DNA of 53,922 nt, taken from the NCBI GenBank assembly GCA_008369845.1, contig MRSU01008064.1, positions 1-53,922 on the forward strand, given 5' to 3'. Source of the stretch: Trichomonas gallinae (lineage: Eukaryota). Both the position numbers and the translations under genes were made by a program. Under the pieces are notes generated by a model, which was not told the DNA's origin, made no database searches, and saw only the letters and a program-made list of their open reading frames with translations. Shown piece by piece: positions 38,006 through 48,997 of the stretch; the stretch's first letter is position 1; every line of letters begins with the position of its first letter.

Positions 38006-38421
38006 CTTTTTGATTTAATATCAGTTTCTGGGTTATCTATAGGCCACTGATTCATAATACCAGCTTATTTCTCTCAATAAATCGTTTCTCTTCAAATTCG
38101 CAAATCATTAAACAGCAAAAGAAGGAAATTTAAGCGGTGAAGAAAAGACGTTAAAATCTTATCGGTCCTACAAATGAAGTCATTTTGGATTATAAGAATG
38201 CTTCAATCGTGTGGCCAATGTATAGATCTAGATCTAGCGATAGAGTGCCCGGACAAAGAATAATTATGTCAAAAAATATATTTTACATGTCAAAAATATA
38301 TATTACATGACATAAAATATTTTTGGAATATTTACGTGTCAAAAAAAATTACGAAGAATAAATCAAAGAAGAAAAATTAGTAATTACAATATTAATTATG
38401 ATTTATTCCGAATTAAATATC

Positions 38422-39705
38422 TTAATTTTGTTCCAATGATTGTTCAACTTGAATATCTGCAAGTCCAGCCTCATAATCTGGAAGTTTGCGGCGCTCAATC
38501 TTTGATTTAATCTTCTGGTAAACGTTCTTGTATTTTGTCGGATCTTTCTTATAATCAGTATAAATAAATATCGTGATAATGGCTGCGATGAGCAATATAA
38601 GGATGATGACCATGATGACAGTCGCAACTGTTGAATTCAGTGTATTTCCTGCGCAATATTTTGTGTTCAAGAAGCCCATTTTTTCAAGCTTAACCTTTGT
38701 GATCTTGATATCAGAGAGGACAGAGAGTAGTGCTGCATCACTTGTTGATGGTTTTTGATCAGATTGGCAATCTACGAATTTGATGATTGCATCATGTGGT
38801 GTGTCGCCTAATTGGACTCTCTGTACTATAAATGTGTCCTTGTTCTCAAGGAATCTGCAATTATCTAAGGTGAGATCGTAATCATATCTAATTAATGGAA
38901 CTCCTTCATTCTGATAGAAACTCACATGGCTAAACTTGCGGTTAGGACACTGACCAGCTATGAAAATAAGACCAACGTCGAAGTTGAAAGAATAAATATT
39001 ATAGCTAACAGTTAAAGCTGATGTTGTAGTGGATTCAATGTGTAATGCATTTGTCTGACCTTCAGTGAAAGCATTTCCTGAAAAATTGAAGTTAACTAAA
39101 GATTGATATCCATCATGAAGGACAATAGTGGAAACAGGCTCTTCTGTTCCCTTCATGTATGTACAATGAACAACCGTAGATAGGTTAAGATAGTTTAATC
39201 CATTTAATCGAGAATTTGTATATAAACATGTTGCATATGTGCTTGCGCAATGATAGAAACATGAAGAATAGCATTCAAAATCGCGTAAGTTCGAGTAAAT
39301 TGCTCCACATTTCGATGAAAACGATTCAGCAAAATTTGATTGAAAAACGCTAAGAGTTCCATAAGAGCTCTTATCACATCTGCAATCAATAATTGCGTAA
39401 TCTGTTGTTGACTTAATATTTAGAAAAACGCATCTTTTCACAAGAATTGTTTGATCAACTTTAATTTCGTTGTAATATGGTTTATTTGATGGTACAGAAA
39501 TGTCTTTTTGATTTATTCTGATTGCTGATGAGAGTCCTTTGTTGAATTTAATGTTAGTTAAGATTGATGATTTCGGATTCATTAATAGAGGCGATGAAAA
39601 TTGTGAATACATGGATTTTTCGATGTTAATATTTGAAAACTTATTAAATACTGGAGATTTCCCAATATTCTGAAGTGAGAGACGAGAAAACGTGAAGTTC
39701 ATCAT
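38422..39705 (-). CDS. Single-pass membrane protein with putative beta-helix-like ectodomain
   Basis: ATG at 39705 (the track start is TTG). N/S/C-rich repeats such as 'GAIYS' and 'CFYHC'; TM segment 'VATVIMVIILILLIAAIITIFIY'; short basic cytoplasmic tail. Confidence 0.75.
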   Translation of the reverse strand: MMNFTFSRLSLQNIGKSPVFNKFSNINIEKSMYSQFSSPLLMNPKSSILTNIKFNKGLSSAIRINQKDISVPSNKPYYNEIKVDQTILVKRCVFLNIKSTTDYAIIDCRCDKSSYGTLSVFQSNFAESFSSKCGAIYSNLRDFECYSSCFYHCASTYATCLYTNSRLNGLNYLNLSTVVHCTYMKGTEEPVSTIVLHDGYQSLVNFNFSGNAFTEGQTNALHIESTTTSALTVSYNIYSFNFDVGLIFIAGQCPNRKFSHVSFYQNEGVPLIRYDYDLTLDNCRFLENKDTFIVQRVQLGDTPHDAIIKFVDCQSDQKPSTSDAALLSVLSDIKITKVKLEKMGFLNTKYCAGNTLNSTVATVIMVIILILLIAAIITIFIYTDYKKDPTKYKNVYQKIKSKIERRKLPDYEAGLADIQVEQSLEQN

Positions 39706-40403
39706 TTTTGTCAACTTTTTTTCAAAAAAATCTTTGGTTTCGGAGTAAAATTAGCATCTACATCATAAATAGCATTTAAATTTTATTTTTTGAAAATAGT
39801 ATATAAATTAGGGGTTGTTTCTATATAAGAGGGGGTGTATTATATATTTATCAAAGGGGAATATTTTTAAAAAAAGGGGTATTATCCTCTTTCCACCAAT
39901 TTATTATTGAGGAAAAAACACCTGGTTTTCTCAACAGAATCCTTCCAAATTAAGGCTATAGATAAAATATGACCATAAGAACCATATGGTAAATCTCAAA
40001 AAGTTATAAGATATTTACAGACGCTAATAGACGTCGAAAATTAACCTGGTAATTTTTTTGACAAATGTAAGATTTTGGGAGTCCCCACCTTTGAGAAAAT
40101 TGTGGTACAAAACCAATTACTGTCGATCAATTTTTTAGCGTTAATAGAGCGAATGGGTTTGCCTTTCACATTTGTAGCTTATATTATTTAATATAATTAC
40201 ATATTGCATGACTTTTAACTACCTCAACTTACTTGAGTTGTCAATGAGTTTTATAATTTTTGTCAAATTTTATCATTTTACGTGACATAAAAGTTTTATT
40301 TCACAACAGAATGAAACTAAATATAAAATATAAAAATACATCGGTTGAATGTTCCAAATTCAAGGGAAAAAACATCATAATTTGGTATAGATTGATTTTT
40401 TGA

Positions 40404-41228
40404 ATGTCTGTTGATACAGATACTCTTAAGAAAGATCTAGTTACCAAAATAAACGAAGCTTACTCATCACTTAGCGACCTCAACACATTTATAGCCAGTT
40501 TAGCTAAAACTGAAGAAGCATTTTTCCAATCTATTAATCCTTCAACATTAGAAATACAAGGATTGGAAAAAAGCATTCTTGATTCGTACGACAACGCGCA
40601 AAATAAAGTTCATACTTTATTCACAGTAATTGAATCGTTAATTCAAATCGACAGAATCGATAACGGCGAACAAAACCTTCCTACACAAGAAGAAGTCCAA
40701 AACCTACTTATTACCTTCTTCAAAGGAAAAATTAAAACAAAATCTGCGCCACTTCCTCCATATTGCGGCTGTTTATCCTACAAATTGAAGAATCCGGCAC
40801 CGGGATCGTTCATTTGTCACCATTCTGACAAAGGAAATATTCTCATGACTGTTCTTTCTTTCAAAAATAATATCTTATCAGTATACGACCCCACAGACAT
40901 CCAATCTGGCATCAATATCATAGACCTGAAGGATGGAGAATGGGTACCACTGCCGATTATTATTCCTGAAAAGCCTATTGCTAGATGGGAATACGCAATT
41001 GGCGTAGATGTTCTCGCTCTTTGGCCTAACGAGGGCGATGAGCTCGGATGGACGACCGTATTTTATCCTGCAAAGGTACGCTCGAGGCCATATGACCAGA
41101 CAGACAACGGATCGGACAAATTTGTGAGAGGATATTTATTAGATTTCGGTGAAGGCAACCAATCCATCGTTCCAGAGCAATTTGTGGTTAACTATCCTGA
41201 ACCTTGGCAGAAAGAGAAAGATGCATAA
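40404..41228 (+). CDS. SGF29-like tandem Tudor domain protein
   Basis: N-terminal helical region, then 'PLPPYCG', 'VPLP', 'G.DVLALWP..WTTVFYPAKV...P...GYLLDF', matching the SGF29 second Tudor (VLALYPQTTCFY.A.V...P...Y.V.F). Confidence 0.8.
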   Translation: MSVDTDTLKKDLVTKINEAYSSLSDLNTFIASLAKTEEAFFQSINPSTLEIQGLEKSILDSYDNAQNKVHTLFTVIESLIQIDRIDNGEQNLPTQEEVQNLLITFFKGKIKTKSAPLPPYCGCLSYKLKNPAPGSFICHHSDKGNILMTVLSFKNNILSVYDPTDIQSGINIIDLKDGEWVPLPIIIPEKPIARWEYAIGVDVLALWPNEGDELGWTTVFYPAKVRSRPYDQTDNGSDKFVRGYLLDFGEGNQSIVPEQFVVNYPEPWQKEKDA

Positions 41229-41614
41229 GTCTTTTGTCAGACATTGTTTGTTAATATTATTAGAAAACTTTCATTTTCAAATTTTAAAGTTTGAAATGAA
41301 CATAAACCAACTAATTGTTTATGCACTGTCATTATTATTAACTCTAAATATGATTATGATAAAATTCTAAATATTTTTTTGTTTTTATCATTAGTGTTCA
41401 ATAAATATGGATGTATTAATCACAAATTATAATATCTCGAATTATAGTAAGGATTCTTTCGTAAATACTATGATATTAAACAACTAAAAAAAATATGTTT
41501 ACAACAATCTACAAAAATCAGTAATTTTCTAATCCATAACAATTTAATTTCGAATAAGCATACTAATGATAATAATATCATTTATTGATTGCAAATATAA
41601 TTAAAATTTGAAAA

Positions 41615-41857
41615 TTACTTTGATAACGAGTATTTCCTGAGGACAGAAACAGGTAATTTTTGCTTAAGCAATTCAATTACTTGGCGTTCTCTGATTTCTT
41701 CTTGGTTTTCAAGGAAACGAATTCTCATATCAGTTAATCTGTTGAATGTGAATAAAACTGCGCAAACAGCACTCAATCCACCAAGCTGCAGAGCATTATC
41801 CCTAAGGAATTCTCGCGTTGACTTAATGATATCTGCTGTTATCGAAGAAATGCTCAT
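41615..41857 (-). CDS. Small 80-aa protein with one hydrophobic helix
   Basis: ATG preceded by Inr GTCACTTT (41865-41872, minus strand). Hydrophobic segment 'ALQLGGLSAVCAVLFTF'. Confidence 0.75.
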   Translation of the reverse strand: MSISSITADIIKSTREFLRDNALQLGGLSAVCAVLFTFNRLTDMRIRFLENQEEIRERQVIELLKQKLPVSVLRKYSLSK

Positions 41858-42271
41858 AATAATAAAAGTGACTAATTGCGCACTTTTCTATCGTTTTATA
41901 AGGTTATTTTAAAGAAGTCAACCCAAAATAACAATAAACATATATCATGTATATACTAATGCATGTTTAAGATCAATTGTATATACACTATATAGCTTAT
42001 ATAATATTCTCAATGCATAATCGATCTTTTTGAAAGAAACTTCAATCAAAATCATTAGTAATGATTTAAAACGCATATATGGATTAGTATAACATAATAT
42101 GTTTTATAGTGCAGACAGTGGTACGCATAAGGAAGAATAGAACATATAATTTTCATATTGAAATATGGAGAAAATCATAACGATAATTTTGGATTCAAAA
42201 CCCCTAAACGTATAAAATCTTTTCAACATTATTTGACATGTAAAGTGACAAAATTTTGTGTAAATTTTTAA

Positions 42272-43429
42272 ATGTTTATCTTTCTCATCTTTCTTTTCGC
42301 TTCATCTGAAAACGAAAATGATGGTGTTTTATCAGATCTTTTGCCAGATGGTTATGAAACACCAATCATTATGGCAGATGGTGATGAAATTCAAGATGAG
42401 AAATATTTAACTGATGCGGAAGATAGTAATCAAACAGATGATTCACAGTTAACACCAGATATAGAAGACCAATCGGAACTAAATGCTAATGAAAATACAT
42501 TAGATGAGGTAGAAACTAAAACAGAATCGAGTAATGATCAAGAAAAGCCTCAAGAAGAACCTCAGCCAACAAATATAACAAAAAAATCTCCAATTAAGAA
42601 AGAATATCTTCTCGAAGACGGATTTGAAGAATTTCCAGCAGATACAGAAGAGAACGACACTGTAAACTTCGAAATATCTCTTAATTTACCATTAAAACAA
42701 AATCCGGAGGCAGAAACAAATTCTTCAGAAGGACAAAAGAAAATTTCTTTTGTTTCAAATAAAAACGCCGTTGTTCATATTGTATGCAACGGACCAAATA
42801 CTAGAAAGGGAAAGAAAGGATTTTGTGAATGTATGGATGGTTTTGAACACGGAGATCCTTCTTCAAGATATGGATGTTATCATTGTAGCTCAATTTGCCA
42901 TATAAAGGCTGAATGCGTGTATCCAGGAAGGTGCTCGTGCAAGAATGGAATGGTAGGCGATGGAATTAAAAATTGCTCAATTCCAGCTCCAACTATTATA
43001 AGGGTTGATACACTTCTTGTTCCGGCTGCTGGAGGTGAAAACATTACAGTATTCTACTACACACCAACAAATTATTCACAGACATACGCTTACTGCAAAT
43101 TCGGAACGATTGTTGTTAAAGGAAACATTTTGAATGATGGAGAACTTGTTTGCGCTGTTCCTCCATCAACAAAACAAGGCTTGAAGTTGTTTGTTTCCTT
43201 TGATTCAGAAACTTGGTCTACAAATAATTATGTTATCATGTATCAACAGAAATATTCATGGTTATCATTCTTCGTTAAGCTATTTATATTCTTACTGACA
43301 CTTGCTGGAATCGTTTATTACATTTATAAGCGCCAACAAATTGTTATTAATCCAGAAATAGATCTTAAAGCGGAACAGACGCCATTCAATATTACAGCTA
43401 ATGCTTTTAACGATTTTGAAGATCTTTAA
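42272..43429 (+). CDS. Type I membrane protein: signal peptide, acidic stalk, EGF-like Cys domains, IPT/TIG domain, TM
   Basis: MFIFLIFLFAS signal; 'CECMDGF..GDP...GCYHC...C...AECVYPGRCSCKNG..GDG..C'; 'AAGGENITV..YCKFG..LVCAVP..FVSFD'; TM segment near the C-terminus. AAAGTGAC at 42242-42249. Confidence 0.88.
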   Translation: MFIFLIFLFASSENENDGVLSDLLPDGYETPIIMADGDEIQDEKYLTDAEDSNQTDDSQLTPDIEDQSELNANENTLDEVETKTESSNDQEKPQEEPQPTNITKKSPIKKEYLLEDGFEEFPADTEENDTVNFEISLNLPLKQNPEAETNSSEGQKKISFVSNKNAVVHIVCNGPNTRKGKKGFCECMDGFEHGDPSSRYGCYHCSSICHIKAECVYPGRCSCKNGMVGDGIKNCSIPAPTIIRVDTLLVPAAGGENITVFYYTPTNYSQTYAYCKFGTIVVKGNILNDGELVCAVPPSTKQGLKLFVSFDSETWSTNNYVIMYQQKYSWLSFFVKLFIFLLTLAGIVYYIYKRQQIVINPEIDLKAEQTPFNITANAFNDFEDL

Positions 43430-43921
43430 GCAAATTTTTGTTTTATCACAATTTAATTGCGTTCAATCATATTTGATATGTTAGTTAAGATTGTGTTGTT
43501 GATTGTATTTAAATAATGTGTAAATATTAACATTTAATATTATATTTATTCTGATATTCTTTAATGTATCTTTTCATCATTTTTTAACATTATAAAACAA
43601 TTATTTATGATCAGCATAATTAAGTATTATGTTTATAAAAACCAGTATATAACTTTTAGAAATATAAACAAATAATGAATTCAGTTGTAATAAAAAAAAA
43701 GAATGATTTAGATATTTAGTGTATAACTGTCCGAATGAAAATGGAATTAATATATATAATATTTTAATATTTCATAAATTATAAAAAATTGTAAATATTA
43801 AAGCAACTCTATAATAATATGATGCAGTATCAAGTTTTCTTCATTACATTAAAAATATCAGGTATAAAAGTGATTCCTATCATAAGATAATTTTCACTTT
43901 TTAGGGTCGAGACTTCATCTA

Positions 43922-43929
43922 AAAGTGAC
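43922..43929 (+). promoter_or_regulatory. AAAGTGAC 5'-proximal motif (trichomonad motif-2 type)
   Basis: Sense-strand AAAGTGAC just upstream of ATGs here, at 42242-42249, at 45325-45332 and (minus strand) at 53461-53468. Confidence 0.6.
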
Positions 43930-43930
43930 A

Positions 43931-44986
43931 ATGAGAAACTCGGCGCCTTTAGATGAGGCATTTGTGCCGATTCAAAGGAGAATACTTGGTAAATACACAA
44001 GGAAGCAGCTTATTGATCAACTTTTCCAATATGATACTCCTTTTGATGCGAATAAATCGAAAGAAGAGTTGATTGAGATTTTAATTCAAGCAATGAAGAA
44101 TAAGCAGCCGGAAATAGAGACAAAATCAAAGAAATTCGATATTAAAGTATATTTACCATCAATTGCTCGATATTCAATATTATTAATCTTTCTTTATTTA
44201 GTATTCTTCTCTGTTTGTTTATCCTTTTTCTATTTAATAGTACCAAAACCACAAAAGCTGTGCAATACTCATCAACAAAGCATGTATTGCATAACTTGTC
44301 CTCGATTCGCCAAATGTTTCAACAACACTGCTACATGTGATAACGGATATACATATATTGGCTTTCACTGTCTCGAAATTGATAACACAACAGAGATTAT
44401 ATCGAAGATGCTCGAATATTCAATTTTGGAACTCCGAAAACACGCAGGAAAATACAAATGCAAACAATGTCAGAATCACTACCTTACCATGGACCAACTA
44501 GATGCGTTGGTATTTTCTCAAAATTTCGTTGATCCAAAATCTTATGATCAAATGTTCCAAAAAATGATCAATATTTTGCAATTACAGTATAATATTTCGA
44601 CGCAATACATAGACATGACGCAAGTTTTTACTTCAACAATTCCAGATAGGCCATTTTCGTGTGTTTTTCGACATTTTATTTATTCTACAATATTTTTATA
44701 CGTATTTTTATGTTTAATCATTCTTGGCATAAGATACACCTACAAGAAGATAAAAATACAGCAGAGTATTAACAATAAAGCCCAGATAATGGCAATTAAA
44801 GTTATAGATATACTAAGAACCTATGATACCGAAATTGAAGTCACCCACCTTAAAAGTAGACTTTCGAAAGAAAGTGAAATTGATATTTCACTTTGGCCAC
44901 TGATTTTCTCTCATATAAAGAAATCTCCTTACGTGATGATCACAAAATATAAAGGTAATACATTCATCAGAGTAAGAGGATACTAA
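43931..44986 (+). CDS. Man1/Src1 (LEM/HeH-MSC) inner nuclear membrane protein
   Basis: HeH-like 'TRKQLIDQLFQYDTPFDANKSKEELIEIL', TM1, luminal 'CITCPRFAKC....C..GY', TM2, winged-helix-like tail 'HLKSRL...LWP'. The ATG at 43931 directly follows AAAGTGAC. Confidence 0.8.
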   Translation: MRNSAPLDEAFVPIQRRILGKYTRKQLIDQLFQYDTPFDANKSKEELIEILIQAMKNKQPEIETKSKKFDIKVYLPSIARYSILLIFLYLVFFSVCLSFFYLIVPKPQKLCNTHQQSMYCITCPRFAKCFNNTATCDNGYTYIGFHCLEIDNTTEIISKMLEYSILELRKHAGKYKCKQCQNHYLTMDQLDALVFSQNFVDPKSYDQMFQKMINILQLQYNISTQYIDMTQVFTSTIPDRPFSCVFRHFIYSTIFLYVFLCLIILGIRYTYKKIKIQQSINNKAQIMAIKVIDILRTYDTEIEVTHLKSRLSKESEIDISLWPLIFSHIKKSPYVMITKYKGNTFIRVRGY

Positions 44987-45341
44987 TTATTACAAAATTA
45001 ACCTATAAATTTATTGTTTGTTTGTTATTTTAAATTGAATTTTGATATCTATTGTTATTTGAAACATAATCAATTAGAATGTTTATAATATTATGGAAAG
45101 GGAAGAAATTGACGTTGAATTATTAAACAAAAACGAAGAAATTAAAATTTGGAATTTTAAAAATTGGTAAAAAGATAAAATTCTTTTAAATTTTGGTAAG
45201 TATTTGTAAAATGAATCTAATTACAAAATTTGATTTTTCTAAAAACCTAAAAAAATTGTATTTTTAAGTTATTTTTAGTGAAAATCTTAAAATAATTTTT
45301 TAAAATTGTTTTTTGCAGTTGATAAAAGTGACAAAAAGGAA

Positions 45342-46781
45342 ATGTTTTTCTTTTTGCAGCATTCTTTATCTCGGCTTACTTTCGAGTCAGCTGTTAATGA
45401 TTCGTTCATCAAAGTCATTACAGATGCGAATTGGAATGATGTTAAGAAGAAAATCAAGGATGGCATAGTTTTCTTCCATGCACAACATCAAAGGATCTCA
45501 GATACTGGCTATTTACGCTACGTACACGTTGCTAGTCAGTACGCGAGAGACCATGATGATCGTTTTTATGTCGTAAATGGCTTGTATGCCGATAAAGTTC
45601 CAAGAGAATTCAAAATCCCAGGCTGGCCGTCTCTATTCTATTACAAATACGACAGACACGATCCAACATACATAGAGTTCCACGGACCAATGTCAGTTTC
45701 TAATCTGGACAATTTTATTAAGAATTTCACGTCACCTGGTTTCGTTGATGTAAATATGTCATCAACAATGGGCACACAAGACCTTATAAGGATGGCCTTC
45801 AGGGACGAATTCGAATCATTCTCTACTGGTTTCATTTTTGGAAATAATGAATCGAGATTTGGGCGAGTTTGCGAACAATTTGCTAAGGCACACTCAGGAA
45901 ATATCAGATTTTTGAGGATTTCGAACCAAGATGTTGCTAGAAACGTGGGAGTTCATTTCCCAAGTATTTCGATATTTAGAATCGAGGATCATCAAATGTT
46001 CAACTTCTTTGGTGAACCAAAGATCGAAAATCTCGAAAAATGGTTTAAGAACGAAGTTTCACAAAATATCAATGTCAAAGAATTTAATCAATACGAACTA
46101 TTCGATATAAGTGGTCTCTCACTTCGTACAGTTATCAAACTTATTCCTCGCGAAGAAAGAATTGGAAATTCATCGATTTTTGAAGATTTGAACAAATTAT
46201 ACTACATTGGAACTCCTTACATATTCAGATATGGAGATCCAACAGAATTACGCTCACTCATTCGTCTTTTCAACATTTCTGAAGATGCTAAGCGTATTTG
46301 TGTTATTTCAAACTATACAAAGCTCGGAATTTACGATTGCAGTGAAGGAGACGTTTTCTCACAGACACCAAACTTCGTGAATACTCCACCAGAGATATAC
46401 GGCGAAATTGCGACAATCACAGAAACAGCTTGGCAAGATTTCCTCGATTACGGCCCATTAGTTGTATTATTTACAGCTGAAAAGAACTGCAGGTTATGCC
46501 CAGAGTTCGAATATTACTTCCAGGAGGCGTTTTATCAATTAAGAGGCGCAGTTCCAAAGAACGTTCGCTTCGCTATGTGGCCAATTGCTGACAACAACAA
46601 AGTTTCATTCATGAACAGAATTCATACACAGCCGCCTTCATATTTCTTCTTCCCATCTCATTTGATGACAGAAGCAATTAAATACACAGGTAACCGTGAT
46701 GTTAACGAAATCAGAAAATGGATCAACACTGTTATTGTTCAGAATGAAGAAAAGGATGTCAAACTTACAGAAGAATTGTAA
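45342..46781 (+). CDS. PDI-like multi-thioredoxin-fold ER protein
   Basis: Signal-like MFFFLQHSLS from the ATG at 45342; Trx-fold blocks 'FKIPGWPSLFYY', 'VGVHFPSISIFR', 'LVVLFTAEKNCRLC', 'YTGNRDVNEIRKWI'; C-terminal TEEL retrieval-like signal. Confidence 0.82.
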   Translation: MFFFLQHSLSRLTFESAVNDSFIKVITDANWNDVKKKIKDGIVFFHAQHQRISDTGYLRYVHVASQYARDHDDRFYVVNGLYADKVPREFKIPGWPSLFYYKYDRHDPTYIEFHGPMSVSNLDNFIKNFTSPGFVDVNMSSTMGTQDLIRMAFRDEFESFSTGFIFGNNESRFGRVCEQFAKAHSGNIRFLRISNQDVARNVGVHFPSISIFRIEDHQMFNFFGEPKIENLEKWFKNEVSQNINVKEFNQYELFDISGLSLRTVIKLIPREERIGNSSIFEDLNKLYYIGTPYIFRYGDPTELRSLIRLFNISEDAKRICVISNYTKLGIYDCSEGDVFSQTPNFVNTPPEIYGEIATITETAWQDFLDYGPLVVLFTAEKNCRLCPEFEYYFQEAFYQLRGAVPKNVRFAMWPIADNNKVSFMNRIHTQPPSYFFFPSHLMTEAIKYTGNRDVNEIRKWINTVIVQNEEKDVKLTEEL

Positions 46782-47269
46782 TTTTTTCTAGAATAAAGAT
46801 ATTAAACTATACACACTCCAATAAATCACTTAAATCTTTCATTTTATTCTACAGTGAATTCTTATTGCTTGAAAATATTTAAATTTTCATCACAATCTTG
46901 TCATTACGTCTTGAATAATCTTATATTAGACTGGTTTTCGAGAAAATAAAGAAATGATAGTTTATGCTGGAGCTTTCTTATATATGAAAACATATTTCAT
47001 TAGATATTTTCTCGGATATAAAAAGTGAAAAATTTAACAAAATTTGTAAGATATAATTTGATTTTTAAAAGTGTATATTATTAAACAACTTAGTATATAT
47101 AAATATGAAAGAAAAAGTTACAAAAATATAGGATAGATTTTTAGAAAAATTGATTTTTAATTTATAATAATTTGAAATTATTTTTAATATTTTCAAAATT
47201 AAAATAATGATAAATATGGATAGTGTATAAAAGTGTCTATTTATGTTGTTAAATTGATCATTTCCATAG

Positions 47270-48997
47270 ATGTCTGGTGGGAAACGTGGCCGCCCACCGA
47301 AGAAAAGGCAGAAAATCGAGCCACAAACACCGAAATTTGTACCTGTGCTGTCAATGTCATCCTTTCGGGTAGATTTCTCGAACATTCCCGTTCAATATAC
47401 TTTAGAAGAAGTTAAAAAATTTCATCATCCGTATTTGGTAACAGACAAAGAGGTTCTGGCGAAGATAGATGACATGAACAAGCTACTAATGCAACTTAGA
47501 AAGTTCAAACCTCCGGATGATAAAATGATATTCTCGTTAAATCAATATTTGAACAAAATAACTACAGGATCAGACAAAATTATGAAATTAGCGATGTCTC
47601 TCGTCAACGAAGAGTTTTTTGTCGACGAATCTTTCATACAAACATTTTCAGAAAAGATTGTAGACTCCTCCATCGAACAAAGCATGCTCAGCAAGTTATA
47701 TTCACGATTTCTACGCATAATATACAACAATATTCCTGCGATTGAACAAAGAGAAGAATTAATTTATTTGATTCATCAAGAAATATTTAATAATCGCGAT
47801 AAGACAAATAGTATATATCAGTTTATCGGCTGTTTACTCGTTGAAAATTTTGTTACTGCAGATCAAATTCTCGAGATTTTTGATACATTAAAACAAACTA
47901 TTACGAATGAAAGCATAGAAGCGATTTATCATCTATTTAGATGCTGTTTCCATGAACTATTAAGTAATTCAACCGAGTTTGAGCCAAAATTGTTAGAATT
48001 CATAAAATCTACACAAAATAATAAAGAAATCAAATCACGAATTAGATTTTTGATGGAAGATTTCGCAGATGAATTCAAAGCAGGCAAAAATACAGGAAAT
48101 TTGGACAAAAATGTTTCATCAATAGAAGAAATTAAACAAAATGACATTTTCGCAGATATAATGTCATCATTATTACTTAGTAAATACATTAACAACAATG
48201 AAATACCAAACCGTTGGAATACGCAATTTACTTTCGAATATTTAGCTTCTTTACTGATGTCACCACTTAAAGATTTCAACAAAGGATTAGGTATGATAAA
48301 AATTCTTTTAGAAAGATCAGATCTCATTTTCAAAGAAACTTTGATTCCAAATTTGAAGCTTTTAATGAAGCATGCAAAGAAATTCCATGATGGTCTCAAT
48401 AGATTGGGTGCAATATATGCAAACATGCTAACAAATGGCTTCATTTTAGATGAAAATGAAAATATTTTCGAAAACAATATTTTTGTTGGATTTATTTCAG
48501 AATTGCATCGTTTAGATAGAATGAATTTCATTGAGACCAGTGAATTGTTCCAAAACTACAAGTTTTTACCGAAATTAAGATCTCATAGTCAAATAATATG
48601 TGATCTCGAAGAAAACAATGTTATAGACGTTTTTCCACTATACAATGAAATGTATTCTATATTTAATATCATCAAAAACGATCAAGATGAAAAAGTTATT
48701 ATTGATATTTTGAAAAAAGATCGACAAGAAAGCGAAAAAGTTATACTACTCGAATATATTACAGAAATAATTGTCATTCAATGCCCATCAAAATATAAAT
48801 CATTACTTCAATATGTTGCACGCAGACCAGTTCAATCACTGAATCACATTGAAGTTATTGGGGAGTTGTTTGAATGGAAACCAGATCAAACGGCCACTTC
48901 AATCTATAATTTAGTTCCATTAATTTTATATGATGTCGACGAGTTCAAAAACATGCCTGGTAGTGAATACCATACACATGTTTGTAGTTATTTATAA
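47270..48997 (+). CDS. MIF4G-domain (eIF4G-like) protein with N-terminal AT-hook-like motif
   Basis: 'YLNKIT', 'KLYSRF', 'FIGCL', 'ESIEAIYHL' and 'IKSRIRFLMED' correspond to MIF4G blocks (LNKLT...FIGEL...SRIRFMLQD). N-terminus is KRGRPPKK. Confidence 0.78.
   Translation: MSGGKRGRPPKKRQKIEPQTPKFVPVLSMSSFRVDFSNIPVQYTLEEVKKFHHPYLVTDKEVLAKIDDMNKLLMQLRKFKPPDDKMIFSLNQYLNKITTGSDKIMKLAMSLVNEEFFVDESFIQTFSEKIVDSSIEQSMLSKLYSRFLRIIYNNIPAIEQREELIYLIHQEIFNNRDKTNSIYQFIGCLLVENFVTADQILEIFDTLKQTITNESIEAIYHLFRCCFHELLSNSTEFEPKLLEFIKSTQNNKEIKSRIRFLMEDFADEFKAGKNTGNLDKNVSSIEEIKQNDIFADIMSSLLLSKYINNNEIPNRWNTQFTFEYLASLLMSPLKDFNKGLGMIKILLERSDLIFKETLIPNLKLLMKHAKKFHDGLNRLGAIYANMLTNGFILDENENIFENNIFVGFISELHRLDRMNFIETSELFQNYKFLPKLRSHSQIICDLEENNVIDVFPLYNEMYSIFNIIKNDQDEKVIIDILKKDRQESEKVILLEYITEIIVIQCPSKYKSLLQYVARRPVQSLNHIEVIGELFEWKPDQTATSIYNLVPLILYDVDEFKNMPGSEYHTHVCSYL

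Noticed and set aside
38002..38108. Two short upstream ORFs chained to the OYE start through ATGA overlaps
   Set aside because: Any ATG followed by A creates an overlapping TGA, and ORFs of 17-18 aa are expected by chance.
39900..40170. Possible ncRNA or MITE (TTTTCTCAA/TTGAGAAAA inverted match, AATTTTTTTG Sm-like run)
   Set aside because: Short AT-rich matches only; no recognisable snRNA, snoRNA or tRNA structure, and no TSD.
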